Source: Hypanus sabinus
Taxonomy: Eukaryota
DNA length: 64,000 nt
Direction of reading: 5' to 3'
Assembly: GCF_030144855.1 (NCBI RefSeq)
Contig: NC_082718.1
Span: forward strand, 5,332,001 to 5,396,000
Positions 1-14,200 of the stretch are shown here, piece by piece. The position numbers and the translations under genes are program-made. Positions within the stretch are counted from its first letter, which is position 1, and each line of letters opens with the position of its first letter. The notes under the pieces were generated by a model. The model was not told the origin of the DNA. It saw nothing but the letters and a program-made list of their open reading frames with translations, and searched no databases.

Positions 1-164
1 ATTAATTCCACCCAGCTAGAATTCTGACAAGTTATTTACACAGAAGTACAATCATCCATTCATCCTACAAATAACTTGAGCAGACTACAAACATTAAAAA
101 ACAAGAAACTGTCCATTTTTAATTTGAATGAAAAGATAAAAGTTCATACAGTATAATAACGTAC

Positions 165-260
165 CTGAAGTAAGCAGTCTTTTAATGGATGGTTTCATTT
201 TGCAGGAGCTATTAGAGTAGTTACTTCGTACAAACTGTAACATCCAAAAGTATTTCATAC
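165..260 (-). other. Candidate 96-nt internal exon of an unidentified minus-strand gene
   Basis: Acceptor TTATTTTTGTTTCAACAG| and donor CTTCAG|GTACGT; open only in the phase 1-1 frame (GMKYFWMLQFVRSNYSNSSCKMKPSIKRLLTS); no recognisable homology. Confidence 0.25.
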
Positions 261-386
261 CTGTTGAAACAAAAATAACGTTAATGAAAATATGCAAAAT
301 GAATCAAATGTTAATTATGATTACAATTACAAATGTTCTAACTCTATGACGTTGATTTGCTACAAGTGTTATCTACGGTTGTGAAC

Positions 387-2682
387 CATAGAACATTACA
401 GCACAGAAACAGGCCTTTTGGCCCTTCCTGGCTGTTCCGAACCATTTTTCTGCCTAGTCCCACTGACCTGCTCCTGGGCCATATCCCTCCAAACCCCTCT
501 CATCCATATACCTGTAAATGTTAAAAGTGAGCCCGCATTCACCACTTCATCTGGCAGCTCATTCCACACTCCCACCACTCTCTGCATGAAGAAGCCCCCC
601 CCCCAATGTTCCCTTTAAACTTTTCCCCCTTCAATCTAAATTGTGTAATCTAAAAACATTACACAATCATAGTAAATAAACTTGTAACAAAATATTCAAT
701 CTACAATCAATCCTCCAGGTTACATTTTAAACAACTGCTAAGCAAAAAAAAAAACCAGCAATATAGATTTTTTTTTAATTGCCATAATTTCAACAGCTGT
801 CAACATTCCAATGGGAAGGGGCACCTTTCCAAATTCATTTCTGCATTCATTTATAAACTGAACATTTTATTGATTACCTAGAATTGAAAAGCAAAAGTCT
901 AAAAATGTTGAAAAGCTAAAATAAAAATAAAACAAACATTGAGATCAAGAAAAAGAAATATTGTAGATGATCTTCCAATCAGAACTAGCTAACGGTTAAA
1001 ATCAAATGTTTAAACTTGCATAGAAAGGTGAAGGTAGGGTAAACAGGAGAACGTTAAGATAAAGATCACGGGACTGAATGACAAAAATGGATCTACGCTG
1101 ACAGAGAAGGGGTGGCAGACATTTGTTAATTACTGTCGATCTGAGCAGTTAAATCAGGGTAGGAGGAGGAAAAGTGAATTATGAGATATCAAACCTCACT
1201 GAACTTCAAACATTACAGCACAGTACAGGCCCTTCGACCCACAATGTCCTGACAACCTTTAACCTACTCTAAGATCAATCTAACCCTTCCCTTCTACATA
1301 GCCCTCCATTTTTCTATAATCAACAGGTTTATTTAGGAATTGCATAAATGCCTCTAATATATCTCCCTCTCAAACTACCCTGGTAAGGTGTTCCATACAC
1401 TCATCACTCTGAGTAAAAAAAAATATTAACTGACATCTCCTATATGTTCTTCCAATCATCTTAAAAGTACGTCCCTGGTGTTAGCCATTCCCACGAGAAA
1501 ATGTCTCTGGCTCTCCACTCTATAGATGCCTTTCATCACACCTTGTATAGCTCTATCAAGTCACTTCTCATCCTCCTTCACTCAAAGAGAAAAGCCCCAG
1601 CTTGCTCAACCTATCTCATAAGACATGCTCTCTATCCAGGAAGCATGCTGGTAAATCTCCTCTGCACCCTCGCTAAAGCATCTAGACTTTTTCTATGAGG
1701 CAACCAGAAAGGAATACAATTTTCCAACTGTGGTCCAACCAGGGTTTCATAGAGCTGCAACGTTACCTCGTGTCTTTTGAACTCAATCCCCCAACAATGT
1801 AGGCATATCCCTCTTAACTGCTTGTCTGGCAACTTTCAGAAATCTATGCATGTGAACCCCAAGAACCCTATGTTCAACTACACTGTTAAGAATCCTGTCA
1901 TTAGCCCTGTATTCTGCCTTCAAAAGTCTGATCTTCCAAAGTGAATCACTTCACACTTTTCCGGGTTGAACTCCATTTGCCACTTCCCAGCCCAGCTCTG
2001 CCTCCTATCAGTATCCCATCGTAATCCCTGATGATGTTCTACACTACCCACAACACCAACCTTCACGTCATCTGAAAATTTTCTAACCCACACTTCCACT
2101 TCCTTATCCAAGTTATTTATAAAAAATCATAAAGAGCAAGGGTTCCAGAACACCAACGGTCAATGACCTATACGCACGATATGCTCCATGTACAATCCCC
2201 TCTTCCTCCTATAGGTAAGCTAATTTTGAATCCACGCAGCCAAGCTTCTCAGGATCCTGTGCCTCCTGACTTGCCGAATGAGTCAACCGTAGGGAGCATT
2301 TCTCTACCTTCGTCATATCCTCAGAGTTCAATCAAGCTCGTGGGGCATACCTTTGCCCTCACTGAGCCATGCTGATTTCTCCAAATGGTCATAAACCCTG
2401 TCTCTAAGAATCTTCTCCAATAATCTGCCCAACACAACAGTGAGACTCACCGGTCTGTAATTTTCAGTGTTCCCTTTCTTGAACAAATGAATAATATTTG
2501 TCACCCTCCAATCTTCTGGTACAATTCCTGTGGCCAGCGAAGACACAAAAATAACCAAAGGCACAGCAATCTCTTCCCTCATTTCACTTCTCATAATAAC
2601 CTGGGGTATATCCCACCCTGGGAATTCATCTATCCTAATGTTTTCCAGAAGTTCCAGCACTTCCTCTTTCTAAACATCAACT
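387..2682 (-). mobile_element. Decayed CR1 LINE fragments (several pieces)
   Basis: Minus-strand RT-type peptides (KFSDDVKVGVV, WQMEFNPEKCEVIHFG, YRPVSLTVVLGRLLEKI, ARVQRRFTSMLPG) and CR1-type 3' ends; boundaries approximate. Confidence 0.8.
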
Positions 2683-3095
2683 TAGACAATAGACAATAGG
2701 TGCAGAAGTAGACCAATTGGCCCCTCGAGTCTGCACCGCCATTCTGAGATCATGGCTGATCATTCACTATCAATACCCAGTCCCTGCCTTGACCCATATC
2801 CCTTGATTCCCCTATCCATCAGATATCTATCTAGCTCCTTCTTGAAAGCATCCAGAGAATTGGCCTCCACCGTCTTCCGAGGCAGTGCATTCCACACCTC
2901 CACAACTCTCTGGGAGAAGAAGCTCTTCCTCAACTCTGTTTTAAATAACTGACCTCTTATTCTCAATCCATGCCCTCTGGTACTGGACTCTCCCAACATC
3001 TGGAACATATTTCCTGCCTCAATCCTATCAAATCCTTTAATTATCTTAAACGTTTCAATCAGATCCCCTCTCAATCTCCTCAATTCCAGCGTGTT
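2683..3095 (-). mobile_element. CR1 LINE 3' end, young subfamily
   Basis: LELRRLRGDLIETFKIIKGFDR...FFSQRVVEVWNALP peptide; same 3' tail as the copy ending at about 15560. Confidence 0.85.
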
Positions 3096-3169
3096 GTAGC
3101 ACTTGTTGTAGCACATCAGCCTATTTTACGATATCCTCACAAATCTTCATCCCCCTCTCACTAGTGAAT

Positions 3170-4866
3170 ACTGAAACCATGTGGGTACCAATGACAAAGG
3201 CAGAACAAGGAAAGAGGTTCTACTAAGGCAATTTGAGCAGCTAGGGACCTAATTAAAAAGAACCAAAAAGGTAATAATCTCTGGATTACTACCTGAGCCA
3301 CATACAAATTGGTATAGGGTCAAAAAGATTAGAGAGTTAAATGCGTGGCTCAAGGAAAAGTGGGTGTGAATTCATGGTAAATTGTCACCAGTGTTGGGAA
3401 AAGAGGGAGCTATACCAATGGGACAGGATCCATCTGAACCGTGATGGGACCTGGATCCTAGTGAATCACATAACTAGGGCTACGGATAGGGCTAAAAAAG
3501 TGTGAATAAAGATAAAGAAAAAGCAAATGATAAAAATGATAAAATGATATAAAAGATAAAGCAAAAGATAAAAAGAAATTGCTGAGGCATGAAAGAATGG
3601 AATAGCAGTTATCATGGGGGACTTTAACTTGCACATAGATTGAGTCAATCAAGTTGGTCGAGGCAGTCTTGAGCAGGACTTCATAAAATGCATCCGTGAT
3701 GGTTTTCTTGAACAGCATGTTACTGAACCTACAAGGGAACATGCTGTCTTATGTCTGGTCCTGTGCAATGAGACAGGTAAAATTAGTGATCTTGTAGTTA
3801 GGGATCATCTTGGAAAGAGTGATCACAGTATGACTGAGATTCTCATACAAAAGAAGGATGCAACAGTTTGATCTAAAACCAGTGTATTATGCCTAAACAA
3901 TGGAGACTACAATGGGATGGGGAGGATTTGTCTAGTGTAGAACGGGAACACAGGCTATATGGTGGGACAGTTGAGGAACAGTGGAAGACTTTCAAAGAGA
4001 TTTTTCACAGTGCTCAACAAAAGTATATTCCGTTTAAGAGCAAGGACAGTAAGGGTGGGGAGAGCCAGCCATCGATAACTAAGGAAATAAATGAAGGCAT
4101 CAAACTAAAATCTCATGCAAAGTCACCAACAGTGAGAAACTGAAAGATTGAGAACACTTTAAAAAGCAACAAAGTACCACAAAGTGAGCAATAAAGAAAG
4201 GGAAGGTAGAATATGAACATAAACAAGCTCAAAATATAAAAATGGATAGTAAAAGTTTTTATAATTACCTATAGCAAAAAAGGGTGGATGCCCTAAAGTG
4301 AATGCAAGTTCCTTAGAGGACAAGAAGGGAGAATTGATAGTGGGTAATGAGGAAATGGCAGAGGCTTTGAATGACTACTTTGTGTTGGTCTTCATGGTGG
4401 AGGATGCATCTAACATGCCAAAAAGAGATGTTATGGATGTGATGGAAGGTGAGGACCTCGATACAATAGCAATCACTAAAGAGGTAGTGCAAAGCAAACT
4501 TCTGAGCCTGAAGTTATAGTATAGGCTTTGATGATAATTTAGCAAAATTCTCTGGACTCTGTGCAGGTCCCAGTGGATTGGAAGTTGGTGAATGTTACAC
4601 CACTGTTCAAAAAACGATGTAGGCTAAAGACAGGTAACTATAGGCCAGTAAGTTTTACATCTGTATTTGGGAAAATGCTTGAAGCCATCATTAAAGAAAA
4701 AATAGTGAGGCATCTGGAAAGAAATGGATCCATCAGGCAGACGCAGCATGGGTTCAGCAAAGGCAGATCCTGTTTGACAAACTTACTGGAGTTCTTTGAG
4801 GATATAATGAGTGTAGAGGATAGAGGGGAACAAATGGGAACTGAAGGTGTTTGATAAAGGTGCCAC
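3170..4866 (+). mobile_element. CR1 LINE, left part (ORF1 esterase remnant, EN and start of RT), interrupted by L1
   Basis: VGTNDKGR...IISGLLPEP ORF1-type remnant; YRPVSFTSVFGKMLE and QHGFSKGRSCLTNLLEFFE; the element resumes at 8956. Confidence 0.85.
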
Positions 4867-7800
4867 TAAAGTATTCCATAGATTGAACGCTAATATTATT
4901 TTTGCACAGGAGACCCATATTAGGAGGGAGGATAATCAACGTTTTTTTAGGTTCTGGAAAGAGCAACAATTTCACTCGAATTGTACCGCTAAAATTAGGG
5001 GTGTGTCTATTTTTATAGACCCCTCAATTTCGTTTACACATTATGAAGTTATTTCTGATCCACAGGGTAGATTTTTGTTGATAACTGGTTCACTTTTTAA
5101 TCGGAAAGTTGTTTTAGTTAATATTTATGCTCCAAACTTTGATTGCCCTGAATTTTTTAAACGTTTATTTACTTCCCTTCCTAACTTGAATGAATATATG
5201 TTGATAATGGGTGGAGACTTTAATTGTTGTTTGAATCCTTCGATGGATAGATCTAAACCTATTCGAACTCTTCCGAATAGATCAGCTTTACTTATTAATT
5301 CTTTTATGGTTGATTCTGGAATTACTGAAATATGGCGGTTTTTGAACCCTAAAGATAAAGAATTTTCATTTTTTTCACATGTATATCATAGTTATTCTAG
5401 AATTGATTATTTCCTTATTGATCATCGTTTATTAACAGATGTTATTGATTGTAAATACGATTCTATTGCTATTTCAGATCATGCACCTTTGAAGTTATCT
5501 ATCAAGATTCCGGACTCTTCTATCAATACTAGATCTTGGAAGCTTAATGCTACTTTGCTTCAAGATCCAGAATTTATTACCTTCATAAAACGACAAATTG
5601 ACTTATTTTTTTCAACAAACTATACTGAAGAGATTGATAGAAGAATACTTTGGGACTCTTTCAAGGCTTTTATTCGTGGACAAATTATTTCATATTCCGC
5701 TGGTAAAAGAAAACAAAGATATTCCGATATAGCTTTATTGGTGGATAAAATTAAAGAAATTGATAAGATTTATTCCGTTACTCCCACCAAAGAACTTTAT
5801 AAGAAGAGAGTTGAGCTTCAAATGGAACATAGTTTATTATTATCTTCTTCAATTGAGAATCAATTAATTAAGACCAGAGCTCAATTTTATATTCATAGTG
5901 ATCGAACTGGTAAATTGTTAGCTAATCAATTAAAAGCTATTTTGACTAAGCGACAAATTATTAAAATTCGTAAACAAGACGGTAATTTAACTACTGATTA
6001 TAAAGAAATCAATAACACTTTTCAAGTTTTTTATAAATCTTTATATCAATCAGAATTTGACGGTGACCGGTTTATGATGGATAATTTTTTTAATAACTTG
6101 AATATTCCTAAACTGATAGATGAAGATTGTAGCTTGCTTGATGCTCCTATCTCTATGGATGAAATAAGAGAGGCTATCTCATCAATGAATTCAGGGAAAG
6201 CTCCTGGTCCTGATGGTTTTATTGTAGAATTTTTTAAAACTTTTTCTTTATTGCTTTCTCCTTGGCTATGTGAAATCTTTAATGATGCGTTTGTTAAGAA
6301 GAGATTACCTCAATCTTTTTATGAAGCTACTATTTCTCTAATTCTTAAAAAAGATAAAGATCCTACTTTATGTGCATCTTATCGCCCTATATCATTATTA
6401 AATGTAGACTCTAAGATTCTTACAAAAATTTTAGCCATTAGATTAGAAAAGGTACTACCACAGATTATTTCAGAAGATCAAACTGGTTTTATTAGGAATC
6501 GGTATTCCTTTTTTAATATTAGAAAATTGATTAACATAATTTATACTTCATCACCTACAACCCCAGAATGTGTTATCTCATTAGATGCTGAAAAAGCCTT
6601 TGATAGAGTTGAATGGACATATTTATTTAATGCATTGAGAAACTTTAATTTTAGTCCTAATTTTATATCATGGATTAAATTAATATATTATAAACCTGTT
6701 GCTTCTGTTCTTACAAATAATTATAGATCCTCTTTTTTTCAATTATCTCGTGGTACGAGACAAGGTTGTCCTTTAAGTCCTTTATTATTTAATATTGCAT
6801 TAGAACCTTTAGCTATTGCTATTCGTGAGTCTCCTAATATTTTTGGTATCATCCGTAATGAGAAGTTATACAAATTATCACTTTATGCTGATGATTTGCT
6901 GTTATATATTTCTAATCCTAATAGGTCTATTCCTGCTATTTTATCCTTGTTGGCTCAATTTGGTAGTTTTTCTGGTTATAAGTTAAACTTAGATAAGAGT
7001 GAGTTATTCCCTTTAAACGCGCAAACCTTATTGAATGACAGGATGCCATTTAAAGTTGTTACTGATAACTTTATCTATTTAGGTATAAAAATCACCAAGA
7101 AATATAAAGATTTATTTGGACTGAATTTTTTACCTATGCTTCATCAAATTCAACAACTTACTACAAGATGGTCTCCCTTATTTTTATCATTAGTTGGTCG
7201 GATTAATGCTATTAAAATGATGATTTTACCGAAATTTTTATATTTATTTCAAGCTTTACCAATTTTCATTCCTAAATCTTTTTTTGATAATATTGATTCA
7301 AAAATTTCCTCATTTGTGTGGCAAAATAAAAACCCTAGGTTAAGCAAAAGGCAATTACAAAAATCTAAAAAAGATGGTGGTCTAGCTTTACCTAACTTTA
7401 GATTTTATTATTGGGCGAATAATATTCGTAACCTAATGTACTGGAAACTAGATTTGGATTCACCTGTGTGCCCACAGTGGGTAAATTTGGAATGTAGTGA
7501 GGTAAAGGGATATTCTATATTTTCCGTTCTTGGTTCTTTTCTTCCTATTGATTTAGCTAAATTCAATAAACAGATATCTAACCCTGTTGTCAAACATACA
7601 CTACGAATTTGGTTTCAATTTCGCAAATTCTGTAATCTGAAAAACTTTGTTCTGGACAGCCCTATTTTATGTAATTTTTTTTTCAAACCTTCACTGACAG
7701 ATCAAGCTTTTAGCATATGGAAAAGGAAAGGTATAAAATGTTTTCGTGATCTTTTTTTTGAAGGTACTTTGATGTCTTTTGATCAACTTTCTAACAAATT

Positions 7801-8575
7801 TAAATTACTTAAATCTAATTTTTTTAGATACTTACAAATTAGAAATTTCTTACATAAAATTCTCCCATCTTTTCCTAATTCAACTCCATCGGATTTTTCA
7901 GATTTGATTTTTACTTTTAATCCTTGCCAGAAGGGATTAGTAGGTTTTATTTATAACATGATTATGAAGATACAGCCAGAAATATCGGATAGAATTAAAC
8001 AAGAATGGGAAAAAGAACTTCGATATAATATATCAACAGATAAATGGGAAAAAATTTTACAAACGGTTAATTCCTCTTCTATTTGTGCTAAACATGCTTT
8101 AATACAATTTAAAATTGTACATAGAGCTTATATGTCTAAAGATAAGCTTGCTCGATTTTACTCGCATATCAACCCTCAATGTGACAGATGTCACTTAGAA
8201 GTGGCTTCATTGACCCACATGTTTTGGGCATGTCCCACTTTACATAACTATTGGAAGGACATTTTTGATGTCATTTCCTCAGTATGGAATATCGATTTAC
8301 AACCCCATTTTATTACTGCAATTTTCGGTATACCAAATGAAGATGGTAATCAGTTTTCCCCTTCAATCAGACGAATGATTGCCTTTGTAACATTAATTGC
8401 CAGAAGATCTATACTACAAAACTGGAAAGAAGTAAATCCTCCTACTACATCTCAGTGGTTCTCCCAAACTATTTCCTATCTGAGTTTGGAAAAAATTAGA
8501 AGCACTATTTTTGATTCTTCAATTAAATTTGAAGAAACCTGGGGACCATTTATTCGACATTTTCATATGAATTAA
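4867..8575 (+). CDS. L1 ORF2 (APE endonuclease + reverse transcriptase + C-terminal CCHC), uninterrupted but missing its N-terminus
   Basis: QETH, GDFN, SRIDY, SDH (APE); PGPDG, LDAEKAFD, GTRQGCPLSP, YADD (RT); CDRC-x8-H-x4-C; no stop in over 1200 codons. The ORF-track start at 4847 is a GTG in the CR1 flank. Confidence 0.92.
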
Positions 8576-8955
8576 TTTGGCCTATTTCAGATCCTTTTCT
8601 CTACTTATCCTTGTTCAGGTATGGAGTTCCAGAGTTTTTTCTTGACACTATCATATATTTATAAACTGTTATTATTGCCCATGTTAGTTTAGTTTAGTAT
8701 TTTTTTTCAATATATATTTTCTTCTATATATTTTCAAATTTTTTTTTCTTTTTTGATGATTATTTTTGTTTTTTTTTCATATATATTTATATAGACTTGA
8801 TTGATTTATGTACCTTTTGTTGATTGATGTTTAATAGGATATTATTATCCTATTACTAATGTAATTTCAAGTTTATTGAATTTGTAATCTATTCATTATC
8901 ATGTGTTGTTTTTTTTATATATGAAATTTAATAAAAAGATTGAAAAAGAAAGAAA
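4867..8955 (+). mobile_element. L1-clade LINE, 5'-truncated, with a perfect 14-bp target-site duplication
   Basis: TSD GATAAAGGTGCCAC at 4853-4866 and 8956-8969; T-rich 3' UTR, AATAAA and GAAA-repeat tail ending at 8955. Confidence 0.93.
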
Positions 8956-10075
8956 GATAAAGGTGCCACATAAAAGTCCTATCCATAAGATAAGAATGCA
9001 TCGAGAGGGGGGTGATGTATTAGCATGGATAGAGGATTGGTTAACTAACAGAGAGCAGAGAGTTGGGATATATGGCAGTTACTCTGGTTGTCAATTAATG
9101 GTGAGCGGTATGCCAGAGGGATTGGTCCTGGGCCTGCAACTATTCGTGATATACTTTAACGATCTGGAAGAGGGGACCGAGTGTAGTGTATCTAAGTTTG
9201 CTGATGATACTAAATTGAGTAGAAAAGCAAATTGTGCAGAAGATATGGAGAGTCTGTAGGGAGACATAGGTAGGTTAAGTGAGTGGGCAAGGGCCTGGCA
9301 GATGGAGTACGTTGTTGGTCAATGCAATGTCATCCACTTTAGAAGGAAAAATAAGGGAGCAGATATTATTTAAATGGTAAAAAACTGCAACATGCTGCTG
9401 TGCAGAGGGACTTGGGAGGGACTTTTGCATGAATCACAAAAAGTTAGTTTGCAGGCTATCAAGAAGGCAAATGGGACGTTGGCCTTCATTGCTCGAGAGA
9501 TTGGATTTAAGAGCAGGGGTGTTATGCTGCAACTGTACAGCGTACTGATGAGGCCACACCTGGAGTACTGCATGCAGCTCTGGTCTCCTTACTTGAGAAA
9601 GGACAGACTGGCTTTGGAGGCGGTGCAGAGGAGGTTCACCAGGTTGATTCCAGAGATGAGGGTGTAAGACTATGAGGAGAGATTGAGTTGCCTGGGACTG
9701 TACTCACTGGAATTCAGAAAAATGAGAGGAGATCTTATAGAAACATAAAATTATGAAAAGGATAAAGATAGAGGCAGAAAAGTTGTTTCCACTGGTAGCT
9801 GAGAATAGAACCAGGGAACATAGCCAAGATTCAGGGGACAGATGAGGAACTGCTTTTCAAGAGAGTGATGAATCTGTGGAATTCTCTGACCAATAAAGCA
9901 GTGGAGACTACCTCAGTAAATATATTTAAGACAAGGTTGGATAGAGTTTTGCATAGTAGGGGAATTAAGGGTTAAGGGGAAAAAGGCAGGTAGTTTGAGA
10001 TGAATCCATGGCCAGATCAGCCATGATCTTATTAAATGGCACAGCAGCTTCAACAGGCCAGACGGCTACTCCTGC
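8956..10075 (+). mobile_element. CR1 LINE, right part (RT C-terminus and 3' end)
   Basis: SKFADDTKL, RPHLEYCMQLWSPYLRKD, VQRRFTRLIP; continues the element broken at 4866. Confidence 0.87.
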
Positions 10076-10216
10076 TCCTACTCATGTTCTTAAGGACCCT
10101 CTCTAATTTCTTCGACATCCTCACTCCAGTCTTCCTCCTGTGTGAGCATACGTTACAACACCTCAAGTTTTCCTTAATCCTATTTGCCATATTTCCATTG
10201 TGCATTTCCCTGAGTA

Positions 10217-10918
10217 CAGTCAGCCCTCCTTATCTGCGAGGGATTGGTTCTGGGACCCCTCGCGGACACCAAGATTCGCGGATGCTCAAGTCCCTTATTC
10301 AGCCTGTCTCACTACGGTGGACATTAGGACCCAGCGGCAGAGATCTGAATCCACAGTGTTTCTGTTCACAAAAATAATCACGATCGCGATTACAAATAAA
10401 GTGGAAATAATAAAGCGATCGGAAAGAGGTGAAACTCCATCGGTCATTGGAAAAGCGTTAGGCTACAGCCGGTCAACTATCGGAACAATTTTAAACAATA
10501 AAGTGAGAAAGGCTGTGTTTAATGACTGGGTTTTAGGTTTTTGATCCTCACATCAACCCGGCACGGTGGAGAGCGCACTCAATAGCAGTCTGAAATTGGA
10601 CTGAACTCAGGAAGAAGTTCCCGAGCCCGGCACTGAAACATACATTCTTAAGTGTTTTATATGCATAGAAAGGTAAAATATGATGCTAAATAATACCAGA
10701 TGTACCTGTTCCAACTTACTGAGTAAGAGAACTTCCGATTTTTTCCGATCCCGATACAATGTAAATGCTATGTAAAATGGTTGTTATACTGCATTGTTTA
10801 GGAAATAATGACAAGGAAAAACAAGTCTGTACATGCTCAAATAACAAGTGCTAGAAGAGCACTTCCAGGTTTTCACGATTCACAGTTGGTTGAATTCGCG
10901 GATAATGAGGGCCCACTG
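10217..10918 (+). mobile_element. Non-autonomous pogo/Tigger-like DNA transposon
   Basis: TA flanks; imperfect TIRs CAGTCAGCCCTCCTTATCTGCG / CGCGGATAATGAGGGCCCACTG; CENP-B-type HTH peptide ITNKVEIIKRSERGETPSVIGKALGYSRSTIGTIL. Confidence 0.8.
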
Positions 10919-11257
10919 TATATCTGTTGCCAATTTCTGCACTGAAGTTCCTGCCAAAAAGCATTATAATACACACACACACACTCACAAATATTTTTCA
11001 ATGCTCTGTTCCTATCACTCTCCAAGGTCATGGTAAAGGTCAGGAAGTTGTGGTCACTGTCTCCAAATGCTCACCTGCCAAGAGGTCTGACATCTGACCT
11101 GGCTCAGCACTAGGTCCACAATGGCCTCTCCTCTAATCAACCTGCCTACATTTGGTTCAAGTCCAACTTCACTTATTATCAAAGTAATTATCCATATACA
11201 CTTTTGAAATTCGTCTTCTTCAGGTAGCCACAAAACAAAGAACATGAAAGGGGTCCT

Positions 11258-14200
11258 GCGCAGTGAGTTCAGGGAGTTAGGTGCGAAGCTGAAGGGCAGG
11301 ACCTCCAGGGTAACAATCTCAGGATTGCTACCTGTGCCACGTGCGAGTGAGGCAAGGAACAGAAGGATTATACAGATTAATACGTGGCTGATGGTGCAGG
11401 AGGGAGGGCTTCAGGTTTTTAGATAACCGGGCTTTGTTCCAGGGAAGGTGGGATCTGTTCCCACAGGACGGTTTACACCTGAACTGGAGCAGTACTAACA
11501 TTCTTGCAGGAAAGTTTGCTAGTGCTTCTCGGTGGGGGGGGGGGGGGTGGTGGTGGTTAAACTAAATTTGCAGGGGGCGCAGGGATCCAGAAAGCGAGAG
11601 AGGATAGCGAGATGAAGAATAAGGGACAGGTGGGGACTACATGGTTCCGGAATATTAAGTGTGTAGTAGAGAAAGGTGAGGCGGAACAAGTGATAAGGAG
11701 GACATATGTACAGAGGGATGGTCTGATGGAACATGGAGTTAAATGTGCTGAAAGAATAAGTAAATTTAGAAAGGGCAACAAAATTCAAGGGGCGTATAGC
11801 CCGAAGGGAGCTCGGGGAGCTGGGTTAAGCACAATAGGCAGCAATTCAAACAGAGAGAGGAGAAATGGGCTAAAAATTCTATTTCTGAATGCACGGTGTC
11901 AGAAATAAGGCGGATGAGCTTGAAGCCCAGGTGCGAATGGGTAACTATGATGTTGTTGGGATAACGGAGACATGGCTGCAGGGAGATCAGACCTGGGAAA
12001 TGAATGTACAAGGGTATACGTGCTATCGTAGGGACAGAAATGTGGGCAGAGGGGGTGGGGTGGCCCGGTTGGTGAGGAATGAGATTCAGTCCTTTGCAAG
12101 GGGGGACATAGGATCAGGAGAAGTAGAGTCTGTGTGGATAGAACTGAGGAACAGTAAGGGCAAAAGGACCCTCATGGGTGTTGTCTACAGGCCACCAAAC
12201 AGTAGCGTGGCTATTGGGTGCAAGTTGAATAGGGAGTTAACATTGGCATGTGGCAAAGGTAATGTCGCAGTAGTTATGGGAGATTTCAACATGCAGGTGA
12301 ACTGGGAGAATCAGGTTGGTGCTGGACCCCAGGATAGGGAGTTTGTAGAGTGCCTAAGTGATGCATTCTTGGAACAGCTTGTACGAGAGCCGACCAGGGA
12401 CAAGGCTATTCTGGATTTAGTCTTGTGTAATGAACAGGATTTGATAAGCGATCTTGAAGTAAAGGAGCCATTAGGAGGTAGTGACCATAATATGGTAAGT
12501 TTTTATCTGCAATTTGAGAAGGATAAGGGCAGATCGGAGGTGTCAGTGTTGCAGTTGAACAGGAGAAACTATAGAGCCATGAGGGAGGAGCTGGCCAAAG
12601 TTAATTGGACGGATATCCTAGCAGAAAAGACAGTGGAACAGCAATGGCAGGTATTCTTGGGAATAATGCACAAGGTGCAAAATCAGTTCATTCCCCGGAG
12701 AAGGGAGGATTCAAAGGGGGGAAAGGTGCCACAGTGGTTGACAAAGGAAGTCAGAGATTGCATAGCATTAAAAAAAAAAGGAAATATGACAAAGCTAAGG
12801 TGAGTGGGAGGACAGATGATTGGGAAATTTTTAAGGAACAACAGAACTTAACTAAAAAGGCAATACGGGGAGGAAAAATGAAGTACGAACGCAAGATAGC
12901 CAGGAATATAAAGAAGGATAGCAAAAGCTTTTTTAGGTATGTGAAGAGAAAGAAGATAGTTAAGAACAATGTTGGGACCTTGAAGAATGAATTGGGTGAA
13001 ATTGTTATGGGAAACAGAGAAATAGCAGAAGAATTTAATAAGTACTTTAGATCTGTCTTCACTAGGGAAGGCACAAGCAATCTCCCAGATGTATGGATGA
13101 ACCAAGGACATAGGGTAACAGAGGAAATGAAACAGATTGACATTAGGAAGGAAACGGTGATGAGTAGACTAATGGGACTGAAGGCTAACAAATCCCCAGA
13201 TCCGGATGGTCTGCATCCTAGGGTACTAAAGGTGGCGGCTCCGGAAATTGTGGATGCATTGGTAATCATTTTCCAATGTTCCTTAGATTCAGGATCAGTT
13301 CCTGAAGATTGGAGAATGGCTAATGTTATGCCACTTTTTAAGAAAGGAGGGAGGGAGAAAACAGAGAACTTTCATCCTGTCAGCCTAACATCAGTAGTGG
13401 GGAAGATGCTAGAGTCCATTATTAAAGATGAAATAGTGGCATATCTAGATAGCAGTGATAGGATTGGGCCAAGCCAGCATGGATTTACCAAGGGCAAATC
13501 ATGCTTGACTATATTGGAGTTTTTCGAGGATGTAACCAGGAAGTTAGACAAAGGAGATCCAGTGGATGTAGTGTACCTCGATTTTCAGAAGGCATTTGAT
13601 AAGGTCCCACATAGGAGATTGGTGGGTAAAATCAGAGCTCATGGCATTGGGGGGGGGGGGGGAAGATATTGACATGGATAGAAAACTGGTTGACAGATAG
13701 AAAGCAAAGGGCAATGGTGAATGGGTGTTTCTTGGAATGGCAGGTGGTGACTAGTGGGGTGACACAGGGCTCGGTATTGGGACCACAGCTGTTTACGATT
13801 TACATCAACGATTTAGATGAAAGCATTGAGAATAACATCAGCAAGTTTGCTGATGTTACTAAGCTGGGTGGCAGTGTGACATGTGATGAGGATGTTAGGA
13901 GAATTCAGGGTGACTTGGATAGGCTGAGTGAGTGGGCAGATACTTGGCAGATGACGTTTAATGTGAATAAGTGTGAGGTTATCCACATTGGGAGTAAGAA
14001 CAGGAAGGCAGATTATTATCTGAACATTGTAGAATTAGGTAAGGGAGAAATACAAAGAGATCTAGGAGTCCTTGTTCATCAGTCACTGAAGGTGAATGAG
14101 CAAGTGCAGCAGGCAGTGAAGAAGGCTAATGGAATGTTGGCCTTTATTACAAAGGGAATTGAGTACAAGAGCAACAAAATCCTTTTGCATTTGTACAGGG

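Noticed and set aside
4847-4866. ORF-track start MFDKGAT for the 1242-aa ORF
   Set aside because: It is a GTG within the CR1 flank/TSD; there is a stop 11 codons upstream and no ATG, so it is not a real start or a CR1-L1 fusion protein.
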